Assembly (NCBI GenBank): GCA_905178155.1
Contig: CAJINV010000016.1
Location: 1,207,386-1,271,385, forward strand
Direction: 5' to 3'
DNA length: 64,000 nt
From: Amoebophrya sp. A120
Taxonomy: Eukaryota; Protista; Dinoflagellata
Below the pieces are notes generated by a model. That model was not told the origin of the DNA. It did no database searches and was given only the letters and a program-made list of their open reading frames with translations. The translations under genes and the position numbers were made by a program. Positions 22,564-34,300 of this stretch are shown here, piece by piece. Positions within the stretch are counted from its first letter, which is position 1, and each line of letters opens with the position of its first letter.

Positions 22564-25500
22564 CTACTCGATCGCGAACGGCCTGCTGCTTAGTTCCATC
22601 GTTAATTCCTCATCTTCCGTGCTCTATCCTGTGCAGAAGTATCGCACTCGTACTAATTGCATTTATGGATTACAAATCTAGTTCCTAAGGCATATCCGCA
22701 TTACAAATTGCATTTGTAATCATGCTGATCCAATTTGTATTGCAATTCATACTAGTACGTTGCTTTTGCAATTCATATGCTCACGTAAACGACGAATTCC
22801 CCGCATTTTCCCGGATCGTAGGTGCAGGGGAGGATGGTGTAAAACCCTATCAAAATGAAAAATCCCCCCGCCCCATACTCAAACTAGAGATTTGTGATCG
22901 TGCAGATTTGTGGCCACAAATCAGCTTTGTCAAGCTAGAAGGGAAAAGATGCGGACTGTAGTGCTGTTTGGCGTGGGAACGCCTTGCATCTTCAGCATGA
23001 CAGGGGGCAGCTGGAAGTCGGAAACAGCGTGACAAATTGCCTGCAAACGAGGCCAAAGCTGCGTCTCTTGGCCTTCTAGCATTGCAAGTCGATTTGTGTA
23101 CTCAAATACAGCATCACAAATTTCGTTTTCGATATGGGGAGGGGGGATTTTTCCTTTCGATAAACCCCGCGTCTAGGGGTACGTTCAGCGCGATCTCGTG
23201 GGAGGCGGAGAAGGTGGTTTCGTAGACCAAAATGTCCCGGCTGATCACGACCTGCTTGTGCTGATCGTATACTAGTTTCAGTAAATAAAACCCGAGCATG
23301 CAACCCACCGGGTCCTTCACGATTTTCTGCCGCCAGGATTTCTCGCACCTGGCGAGCGTGATCTTCGCGTTCTTCGTCCTCTGTGGGACTTTCAGGAACA
23401 GCTGGGGATTCCTGCCCCACGTCGCGGTCTTCTGGGGCTCATACGGTGGGTAGTAGATGTGGCAACCGCCGGCGGAATCGGGGGTCCATTCGGAATATCA
23501 AATGTAAAAATGTCTGGGTCTGGAAGAATGTAACTTGTGACGCTGTTTTTGGACTCCAAAAAAATTTGTATTGCATGACCAGCAAGACGGGTACAGTTTG
23601 TGCTGCACGAACAGGGCATTTCTCATGCGGGTGGTGCATCAGGAAGGGTTCTAAAAACCCGTGATGCTAGGTCATGCATTACAGGCGTCATGTGTCATGA
23701 GAAACATGCATGACAAACTTGGCAATCTTCCAGACCCAGACATTTTTGCAATCCATACGGAACCTGTTGTATTGGTGGTATTCATTTACATTTTTGCAAG
23801 GGAGGTATCCTCGGTTCTGCTTCATGCTGGGGGTGGGAACGCCTACGCACACGCAGGGCAAGACAAAAAGAACAATAAAACCACGACTCTCGGTCTCGGC
23901 GGCATGATCTTCATCTTCATCTGTATCAAGATTAGCAGAAAACAAAAGACATCTCTTTATACAGATTAACGGGTGCTGTGAGTCAGGTAGCCTGGCGTGC
24001 TTGTAGATTTCCTTATCCGAATACACCGTCAGCATGCTGTTTCCGATGATCCCCTCCTCACTCAAGCTGGGCACAACCAACAGTGGCCCCTGGACTGGTG
24101 TCGTTGCGCACAAAACCGCACTTCTGTCCTCGACATAGGGGCATTCCTTTACCCAGTCGTTCGGGAGGATTTGCAGTTTTCCTGATAGGAATTTCGTGTA
24201 TCCGATTTTCTTGTCATGCGACAACATGAAGAAAGTGTGAAGGTGCGGAATTTATTATAATGAGCATTTTGCATGACAAAGACAAAGAAAATAAATCATA
24301 TGCATATCGTCGTATACTTTTCAAGAACTTGTTGTCCAATTCGTTCATTGCCTTCGAATTTGCCGACTCGTCCGGTAACCTGCCCTTCTTTACCCGCTGC
24401 AATGTGGTATCCGGCTGACTCGCGGGGACTAATCTGCACACCGTCGCGCCGATTTCCCCCACAGGTTTTTTCCTCCCGACTATTCTCTCTATCACCACCT
24501 TCACCGTCGCTGGTTTCTTGTACCCAAGCACCAACTGCGGATTTTTCCCCCACGCTGGGTTATCCACCACCACCGTCTGCATCGGCCCCCCGGCTGCCGC
24601 TGCCGCGGCACTACTACTTGTCGCGCCCCCACCGCCGCCGGCCGCGGCTGAGGTTTCCCCGGCCTTCCCAGCCGCTGCGGTCGGACTAGTTCCGCCCTCC
24701 TCCACCGGGACTTCTATCTTTTTCGACCTTTTCCCCCCGGAATTTTGGTTCGTGAATTCTAACGGGAATTGGTACTTGCACAATTTTGCGCACTTCTCTA
24801 TCGACACCTCACTGTCGGCGAAAATCCGCAAGCAGAACAACTTCCCGGTTTCTGGCTTCGTGGTTGCTTGGAACGGAACCAGCATGAACTGGGAGCAGGA
24901 GAGGGACTGCGGGTCGATCGTCGCTTCGAAGTTCACCTGAGCGTTGTTGATGTAGCTCGTCCCGACCGCGCAGAGTTCCTCATCGGGAAATTCCCAGAGG
25001 ATTGGCTGTCCTTTCGCCTTGTACATGACTAAGGAGATCGGCTCCTGCTCGGCGATCGCGTTTCCGCCCGTGGCCATCAACGTTGTGTCCTGGAGGAGAG
25101 AAACGGAGATGGTCGTTGGCTTGTTGATCGTGAGCTTGTACTGCGGATTCGAGCAGAATTCGGGATCCGCGGGGCCAGAACCCCTGGCGTCTTCGAAGTT
25201 ACCGAGGACCGCGTATTGATCTGTGTGAAGTTGTCGTTGAGGGAAATTGAAAATTGACGTAGAATTACCAAAAATGCACAGCAGCCAGTGCTCGAAAACG
25301 ATGACCATAACGAATATGTGCTGCTATTTCTTCGTGAATGGATCCAGGATCCTCAGGTCAGACTCAGGATCGTTCGAGTTCCACCTGCATGTGAGAAAGA
25401 GTAGAAAGTGCAAAAATAAAAAATCGAAAACAAAGTACGGTATTCCTGCTTGAACAGCCGGCAGATAGAAATCATCCCCCCGTCGAACAAATTGACTAAC

Positions 25501-28500
25501 TCCTTGAAGTGGATCCAGAACGTTCCATCATCCGCTTTGTTGTGCGCTCCTAGCTATGAATTGCAAAAATGTCTGGGTCTGGAAGATTGCAACTTGTCAT
25601 GGTAAATCTGAATCATGCAAAAATCTGTGTTGCACAAAAGCTGTACACTTTTGACCAAGTTGGAAGGGAGTTTCTCATGCAGGATAGGCATGGCAGAGAC
25701 CTCGCAGAGTCTGTCATGCTATGTCCAGCATTCTAGACCTCATGGGTCATGGAAAATCTGCATGACAAGTCTACACTTTTCCAGACCCAGACATTTTTAC
25801 ATTTGATACTAGCTTGTCCCGCAACTCCGTTTTTTTCCCAAACGGAATCGCGCCCTGCCACTTTCTATGCATTGCAAATATGGCTGGGTCTGGAAGATTC
25901 TTACATTTGTCATGCATGTCTGACATGACTCGAGAATCTGGGATGCATGGGGACGAAAAGGCTCTCTTATCTGTCACGCAAAAACGTTGTTTCTCATGCG
26001 GAATACGCAACACATAGCAGCTCAAAAATGTGTCATGCTTGGCTGCGTACTGCAGTCCAGCTATTATCCACTTTTAGCATGATTACAAGTTTCCAGGCCC
26101 AGACATATTTGCAATGCATACTTCCCGCTCGCACCGTAGGGATTTCTCAGGCGGATCAGCTGAAATCCCTGTTGCTCCACCATATCCAAAATCCCGTACG
26201 GGCAGCCCGGGCAGAGGCCGAAAGTGTTCCCCTTCTCCTTGCAGTAGATAGACACTAAAGATCCGGTGAAAAACTTCTCCTGCAGTTTCGCGAAATCCAG
26301 CTTCGCGCCCGGGTCGGTTTGGCGCTCCATAACACCGCCAGACATTTGGACGAGGGCGGCTTCGTAAGCTGGTTGTTTGGATGATCATGTTGGGTACGGA
26401 AGAGGAAGAAGTGAAGGTCGTGGTGCTGATGCCAAATTGAAATCGTACTACAAAACAAGCGTTCATGCAAATTTTCTACGTGGAGTAATCTACAATAACA
26501 TAGGAAGATAAGTACCCGTCATTCCATTTGCATCGAAATAGTTCACCATCGCCTCGTAGCTGGTGTGCATTTTCGCAAAGGCCTTCTCCAGATACACGGC
26601 CCAGAGTTCAGACGGCGGCGCCCCATTCGTTTCTAAATCCGAGGGGATGAACGAGTCCAAGGCTATTGACTTCCACTCGAACCCGTAAAACAGCGACAAA
26701 ACCAGCAATCCGCTCTGCTTCCAGTGGGAGTTTAAATCGTTGGAAAATATCCTGTATCCTGTGTAAAAGTATCGCACTCGTATAGCAATCACGCATTACA
26801 AATCTTTTTCTTAAGGTAAACCCGCATCACAAATTTTTTTATTTCTCATGCTGAGAAAATTTGTATAATGCATTTATACGAGTAGGAGTACGATACTTTT
26901 GCCGTGCATATCCTGCCGAGCAAGTCCGGTCTGGTAGAAATCACCGCAATCGCCGCTTTCAGCCAATTCGACTGCAGCGAGTGTGCTGGTGCGTCGCTGC
27001 ACGGCTTCTTGTCGGGGAAGATGTTGACTGGGGACTCTTTCTGCAGTATCTGCGGTGACCGGGTGAAACTGTCAATTTCACCGGATTTTAGGCTGGCCTC
27101 GCAGGTGTACAGAGAGCTGACCGCCGGGGGGAAGCGGGGGTCCTCGAAGGGCTTGCCGGTGGAAACGGATTTCTCGAGTATCCTCTGGAGTTCGGGAACG
27201 GTGGGTTCTGGGATGCCCTCGGCTGTGGAGTGGTTTGTGAAGATCATCATGCGGGTTTTTTATTGCAATATGTTCGTCTGCATGCCGTTCTTCTACTTGT
27301 TTTCGTTTTTGAGTGAGCTGAACGTGCACAACAAATATATCGTCAGATTACCTATGCTGGAGGTACCTACATGAATGAAAGCAAGAAAGCATAATTTATT
27401 TGAGAGTACCTGGATTCGGGTATCTAACTGTGCTTCCAACTTTTTCTTGCCTCTTTTTGTCGACCTCTTTCTTTTATGCATAGCAAAATATTATCGCACT
27501 CGTATAAATGCATTACAAATTTCCTCAGCATGAGAAAGAAACTTTGTAATGCTGATTTGCCTTCTTAACAGAAAGATTTGTAATGCATGACTGCAATACG
27601 AGTACGATACTTTTGCACAGGATATCTTTGCGGCTTTTCCGCGTTGAATCGACTGCATCTTTGTTGCCGCGGCGTCGCCCTTATGCTCTGCAAAAGTATC
27701 GTGCTCGTGTTGCAGTCATGCATTACAAATTTTTTTTTCAAGGTAAATCCGCATGGCAAATTTTATTTCTCATGCTGAGGAAATTTGTAATGCATTTATA
27801 CGAGTACTACGATACTTTTGCAGTTCATAGCCCTTCGCACCCAGCCCTGCCGCCCAGGCGGCGAGCGCTTCCGGTGACTCGTCGGAACTCGGAATGGCTT
27901 CCGCTTGGGCCTCTGCCGCTTGCTCGGCTGCGGCGGCCTAAATTTGTCATGTGGAATAATTGCATGATGAAAATGATATTGCAGTAGAACTAGAAGATCG
28001 AATTGTTGTTGCATCCATTATGCGCGTGGCAGGTGCACCATGAGTGTCCACGCAGTCAAGTAGGGTGCACTAAGTTTAGTTAGTTGTAATATCACCTACT
28101 TTAATACTCGCAAGCATTTTGCGCATGACAGAGGTCGTCTGTCTTGCATGTTTTGCAACACATTGCGTATTAATAAAAACAAATAATACATCTGCCAACT
28201 GTTTCCTCAATTCCGCCACTTCCTTTTTCGCTTGTTTCGCCCGCATCCGTGACTGCAGCGCCGTCGCCGCTTGATCTTATCCTGTGCAAAAGTATCGTAC
28301 TCGTGTCGTACGAATTGCAAATATGCATGACAAATATTTTCCCTAGGGCAAAACAGCATTACAAGTTTCACTTTCCTTCTTGCCAAAATTTGTCATGCAA
28401 TTTATACTACTAGTACGATGCTTTTGCAATGCATAGATCTCCCCTCTCCCCCATTTCTGCGGTCCACGCAGCTAGGGATTCTATCCTGAGTAAAAACGTA

Positions 28501-30295
28501 CCCACGCCAGAGTTGTAATGCAAATCTGCATGCTGAAAATGTTTCTCATGCGGAGCTCCATGAGAAGCATTTTCTAGTCGTGTTTTGCAATTTGTCATGC
28601 TCCAATCAGCATGGTATGCTAGATCTGTGATGCTGCTGAGCTAGCTGAAACAGCACTATGCTACGAATCCAAATTTGTCATGCAAAACAGCCAAAACTTG
28701 TGGATTTGTCTAGCCGATTCCCCATCTTGACTCTGGTGTGGGTACGTTTTTACTCAGGATAGATTCTGGTGAATCGCCATCCTCCTCTGCTTTTTCCTCT
28801 TCCTTCTCCGCCGCAACTAGCTGCGCCCGGAGCGCGTCCACCTCCTTCTTTGCCATCTTGGCGCGCTGTCGCGCCTGCATTTTCGCGGCAGCGGCATCTC
28901 CCGCGGCACCGAGCTCGGCGGTCCATTTTGCGAGCTCTTCGGGGGATTCGGGGTCCACCTCGACAGCTTTTACTGCTTCAGCGACGGCAGTTTCCTCTTT
29001 CGTCTCGGCTTGCGTCAGCTGCTTTTTCAGCTCTTCGACCTCTTTGCGGGCCTGTGGTAGGGTGTGAAATTCAGAGTTTTTGTTTTTGGTATAGTACAAC
29101 ACAGGGTTACGTATTAACGTTATGCAACATGACAACAAAGAATCTCGCTGCATGATGATGATTCGCAATACCTGCTTTGCCCTTTGCCTAGCCTGCATTT
29201 TTGTCGCAGCAGCGTCACCCTTGGCGCCAAGCTCTGCTGTCCACTTTGCCAGCTCTTCAGGTGATTCGCCGTCCCCTCCGTCGGCGCTAGCGCTGCCAGC
29301 GGCCGCTGCTTCAGCCTGTGAAGTGATGCGTTTAAACAGTCTCTGGTGTCACGATCAAGATGAGCATGCTCATGATTCCAATTCCAATTTCAGCTAAAGC
29401 CCAGTATAAAATTTGCAACAAACTACATTCACCACGTCTACGTCACATGATGATGATAAGTACCTCCGCAATCTTTGCTCTTATTTCCGCCACCTCCTTC
29501 TTTGCCTGTTTCGCCCGCATCTTCGCTTGCATTTTCGTGGCTGCTGCGTCACCCTTATCCCCCAGTTCGGCGGTCCATTTTGCGAGTTCCTCGGGGCTGT
29601 CTGGATCGACCGCGGCCGCTGCATCCGTGACGGCCTTGTCTACGGCCGTGGTTTCTTCTGCCTGGGCGTCTGCAAGCTTCTTGCGCAGCTCGTCGACTTC
29701 TTTCTTGGCCTGATAATTGATGACGTGTGAATGGGAGTGGTGCACAACACACAAGAATACTAGGTTCGCGTTTCTTCAAAATCTCAATGATCCCGAGGAC
29801 GTACACATTTCACACGACCCATGCATGTTTGTAAAGTGTTGTGTTGATGCAAATGAAACAATACCTGTTTTGCCCTCTGTCTGGCCTGCATCTTCGTTGC
29901 AGCAGAGTTGCCTTTTTCGCCGAGACCCTCAGTCCATTTTGCCAGTTCCTCTGGTGATTCACCGTCACCGGCGGCTGAGGAGCCCTCCGCGGCATCGGCT
30001 GCTACCATGGCCGTGTTCTCAGCCTGATAGTGCAGATAAGTTTCTGTTCCACTCATGCAAGAAAAGCTTCACAAAGTTCCCAATGTTCCATGACCATGGA
30101 AAACACCATCATCCAACATCAACAAAAAAATATTCGCAGTACATCTGCCAGCTTTTTCCTCAATTCATCCACTTCCTTCTTGGCCTGTTTTGCGCGCATG
30201 CGGGATTGCAGGGCCGTCGCAGCGGCATCTCCCTTCTCCCCGAGTTCGGCCGACCAGGCCGCGAGCTCCTCGGGAGATTCTCCCGGCTCGGCCAT
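22564..30295 (-). CDS. Calpain-like protein: 7 N-terminal IQ-like repeats, probably inactive CysPc domain, 3 calpain domain-III (C2-like) repeats
   Basis: Repeats SPEELAKWTAELGDKGDAAATKMQARQRAKQAKKEV; FEDPRFPP, ELWAVYLEKAFAKMHTSYEAM, LIRLRNPYG, DDGTFWIHF; three NPQ motifs and GFYTILPCTYDPGKCGEF; 10 introners and many GT-AG introns. Confidence 0.85.
22625..22777. mobile_element. Introner family B (153 bp)
   Basis: DR TGCTC; restores VYVSTEDE. Confidence 0.92.
22848..23162. mobile_element. Introner family E (315 bp)
   Basis: TIR TATCAAAATGAAAAATCCCCCCGCCCCATA; DR AACCC; restores the conserved DAGFYTILPCTY. Confidence 0.9.
23496..23757. mobile_element. Introner family A (262 bp)
   Basis: DR CGGAA; restores SEWTPDSAGGC; opposite orientation to its host gene compared with 921-1183. 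Confidence 0.93.
25555..25808. mobile_element. Introner family A (254 bp)
   Basis: DR CTAGC; restores RDKLGAHN. Confidence 0.93.
25866..26120. mobile_element. Introner family A (255 bp)
   Basis: DR CTTTC/CTTCC; restores NPYGASGKWQG. Confidence 0.92.
26755..26910. mobile_element. Introner family B (156 bp)
   Basis: DR TCCTG; restores LLGRIFSN. Confidence 0.93.
27475..27624. mobile_element. Introner family B (150 bp)
   Basis: DR TCTTT; restores AAKKEVD. Confidence 0.92.
27682..27829. mobile_element. Introner family B (148 bp)
   Basis: DR GCCCT; restores GAKGDAAATKMQ, matching the uninterrupted repeats. Confidence 0.94.
28278..28435. mobile_element. Introner family B (158 bp)
   Basis: DR GATCT; restores ERGDQAAT. 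Confidence 0.93.
28482..28761. mobile_element. Introner family D (280 bp), near-perfect 31-bp TIR
   Basis: TATCCTGAGTAAAAACGTACCCACGCCAGAG with 1 mismatch; DR GATTC; restores SPESLAAW. Confidence 0.93.
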
Positions 30296-31379
30296 GATTG
30301 AGGAGTTCACTACTTCTCAAAAGCCGTGCTTCTATGGTAGTGTTTTTGGAAGATGAACTAGGAACGGTATCGGATATCTACGAAACCAGATATGTGGTTG
30401 AAAAACATACACTTCTGAAAGTTACGAATGGTATTGGGATGCTGTGCGAAGCGATAAATTTTCGAAGCCGCTCATCGTACGTCTTCCGAGAGCACCAGGA
30501 GTGCTCAAGCTCATCTCTCTTCGCCTCACGTTCGAACGAATGATCTACTTACTAACTTATTCATTGGACAATGCGAAGCTAGTACTCCTCGAGTCTGTTC
30601 AACAAGAGAGCGGTGGATAAATGCGGCTCATACAACACCACATACGAGAAAGGATCTGCATAAAAACGTGGAAAACGAATTACTCGAACAAAAGCAGCAT
30701 TCTACCACCTGGTGTAATCGAGCAGCATGTCGTCGTCGTGGTTGATGGTTGCGCCACAGCCAGGAGCTCATGTGTTTCGTTTAGTCAACATGCTTTGTTA
30801 TTGTTTCTTTGGAGGTGACGGCAAACATGTTGTAGATACATTTTTTTCGTCTTCTGCAGACGGCATGGGCAAGACCGATGAGTTCACCAGCACAAAATGA
30901 CTTTTCGTCACGGATGATTCTCTACAGAAGTGCGAATCGATAGAGACAGCATGCGAAGAGGTCATGCTGGAGGAAAGGAGATGGATCTTCAGAAATTTCG
31001 TCGCCGCTTGGAGCTGGCGCCCCCGGCGTTCTCGTTTTCGTTGCGCGGTTTGCTGCCACCGGCCGAGCGAAACCCGCCACCTCGCTGCGCCTTCGTTCCG
31101 GAAGCTCTGTCGCAAGCGGGATCAGTGGTTCCCCGTTCCTGCGCTATTCGCAGCGCTTCGGTTAGGAGTATGCAGCGCAAGGTCGTGTCGGGATCTGAAA
31201 GAGCAAAGGAAGTAGACCTGTATTTGTATTTCTTGTTGGGAGCATACCATAGGCATAGAGATGCAAACCCTCGAAAATTTATATTGCATGATGACAGGAG
31301 TAGGAGACCATCGAGCAGCAACATTGTTTGTGGTGCCAGAATCATGCCGCGCGGCGCACTTGAGGCGCGCCGCATACTT

Positions 31380-34300
31380 TCATCGTCGCAACCTACTCCC
31401 GAGACCCCGACACGTCATCTGCAATGGATAAGGAGCTGCGTTATCCTGTTGAACCTTTCTTGAATGTCGTCCAAAAATTTCTGATCCTTCTCTGCCTCTG
31501 TCGGATTCGTTGCTGCAACAGCCTGCAAACTGGCTCTCGCCTTTCGTAGGTCCTGTTGCCATTTGTCGGGATGATAAATCTATCCAAAGCAAATTTGACG
31601 CCTGGGTCTCTTTCTTCTGGATAGATGTGGCAAGACTTCTTTATCATCTTAATACGCTGGTCTGTCTGGTGACATCACATGACCATGAGTCACAGATTGA
31701 TGCCTATCTATGTATCAACATACAAAAATGTCTCATGCCAAACCTCCCGTCACAACATCCTTTCGTCAAGACCCAGTCATACTTACACGTCATATCGACA
31801 AACAAGACCGCTGCAAAAACTTTTTCGTTTCGTCCGGATCCACCTCCGGATGGAGGTACAAACTTGGATCCCGCAGCCCCGTTTTTCGATCCTTCTCCGG
31901 CCAGGGTATCGCCTTCATCTTCTCCAATTCATTCGCGAAGACCTTCTTCTTCCACTCTGTCCAGTCAGCTAAATGCTTTTTCCGTTTCTCGTCGATGTCG
32001 TCTGGAGAACGGTGAGCAGAGGAAGGGGGTGGCTGCGGCGGTCGAAACGGCGGGCGCGTTCTTTGGTGGTTGTGCTTGCTTTCGCCACTTCTGCCGCTGC
32101 GATTCCTGTTGTAGCCATTGTTGGGCCCCTTCTGGTAGTTGTTCTGCTGGTGTTCACGGCCGCTGTGCTGCTGCTCGCCTTCCCTGGGTCTGCTCTGCCC
32201 CCATCTACTACCGCCGGCAGAAAAGCCGAACCCGCCGAAAGGCCCCCGGAAACCAAAGTTGTCGAAGTTCTCTTGCTCCTGCTCTGATTCCTCCTCCTCC
32301 TCCTCCTCCTCCTCCGGCTGTTCCTCTTGCGCCGTTATCAGCATGAGAAAGAGCCAGACTTTTTGCGACAGCCTCAAAGTGCGCCTGGCGCGTGTCACTG
32401 CTACGTACAACAGGTTCATTGCCTCCGTGTCGAAGCAGGTTCGACACTGTCGCATGCCGATCCCCACCGCTTTCAGTTTGGCCGCTACAGCGGCCGGGTC
32501 GTCGGTCGGCTTCACACCAGCGGCAAATGCGTTCTTTCGGGGTTTCTTGTCGTCCTCGGAACCGGGATTTTGTTTTTCATCCGGTTCTTCGAACAACTTG
32601 TCCCACTGGTAGAAGTTCCGCAGCCTTTTCGTCTTTTTGTCTTCCTGGTCCGGCGTCGTGACAATGGTCGCAAAATCGGACCCGATGTACAGAAGCTCGC
32701 CGAACTCCATGCCCTTCATTGTGTGGACGGTTCCCAGTTTTACCTGCCAGTCGTCAGATCCTGGATCTCGCTGCGCAGCTCCGACGCTCTCCAGGACTTG
32801 TTTCACCTCGTACCCGTACTCCTGGATTATTTTCAACTTTGTCAACTCCAGCGACTTTTCAAATTCCACACAGTAGTCCTCCAGCTCGTAAAAATCGTCG
32901 AACCTTTCTCCGTCGAAGTCACAGGGCTTGTCTTCGTCTTCCTTAGAGGTGGAGGTTTTGCTTTTTTTACCTTTTCTCGGGCTCGGCTCGTCTTTATTTG
33001 GGTTTTTCTTACGCTGCCGTTGCTCAGCAGTGGCAGCGTCTTCCTGTACTTCGACCAGGTCAAGGCCAGTTATGAGTAGTGCGGGTAGTACTGCGTCATC
33101 TTTATCACCTCCGTGTTGCCCTTCGCGCCTCATTTTCTCGGCTTCTTCGTCCAATTTCTCCCTGGTTTGCTTGTAGAGCTTGAAAAACTTCTTATAGTGG
33201 TCATCCCATTGGAGATGTTTGCTTCTTGAAGAGTTCGTCTTTGCGCCGGCGCCCGCTCCGTCCTGTTTGATCATACAGAATCTCGGCACATCCTGTAAAA
33301 CCGCACGAAGCGCCATCAAATCATCGAGCATCCCCTTGTTGCTCCTGCAAGAAATAACAGCCTTGCCGCCGCCTCGTATGTGCGCAGCCAAGTCATCTAC
33401 CGTTGCAAGCTCGACACTTTCGTCGCTGACCTCCGCCGCACCGCGAATGGTTGCCGCTCGACCGGGCCCACCGCTCGCGTGGTTCAGGAGAAGCTGGGCT
33501 GCCGCGCCAATCTTGGGACCAAATCTCCATGAGTTCGAAAGTGGGAACTCCTTCACCACCGGCGCCCGCTCAAAGTCGGTTCCTGCGCCCCGCCAGGCAT
33601 AAATCCGCTGGTGCTTGTCGCCCAAGAGGTAGGAGCAGACGTTCTGTTGGCGTGGTCCGTAGAAGATGTCGCTTTGGCAGGGTGTGAGGTCCTGGCATTC
33701 GTCCACCAACAAGGCATGAAAGCCGTCCCATTGCTGCCGATTACAGCCTTTCTCGTCCGGGCAGGTGACGCATCGTGGGTCGTTGGTTTTGTTAGTACCC
33801 GGCCGCCCCGAAGGTATCATCCTCGTTTGCGGATGTTCTACACAATATCTGTCAAAGCCGGTGCCCAAATCCTCCTGGAGGAATTGATACGCCTTCAGAA
33901 ACGCATCGAATGGAACCGGCGGATTCGTTTCCGCGTTTTTCCCGAAGTTCATGTCTTTGAAAAAATCTGGATCGTCAAGGTCGGCCGCCCCGGACAGATT
34001 GCCGACATTGGTTTGCTGTTTTGCTTCGTGTGCCGGATCCTTCTGCGGTAGAAACGGAAGCGGGTTTGGGTATCTATCCTTACAGTGCTGCGGCATCAGG
34101 AAAGCGATCTTGTGTGCGTAGAAATTCCATAGCTGCTGCGCTCGTCGGACCAGAAAGGTCGAGTCCTCCTGGAACGCTTTCTTCCACCTGGATTTCTTCG
34201 ACCGGATGTCATTCTATGCAAGTGAAATTTGCGTCCGCTGCGCATGTACAAAATGCAAATTCACGGCCTTCATGCCTAGAGTGTTGGAACATTGATGTCA

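Noticed and set aside
784-30295. Interrupted genes as TE-disrupted pseudogenes
   Set aside because: Reconstructed exons show no stops or frameshifts despite up to 10 insertions of differing ages, which implies purifying selection.
30798-31463. Overlapping 100-177 aa ORFs between the calpain-like and helicase genes
   Set aside because: No motifs and no consistent frame; probably UTR or intergenic sequence.
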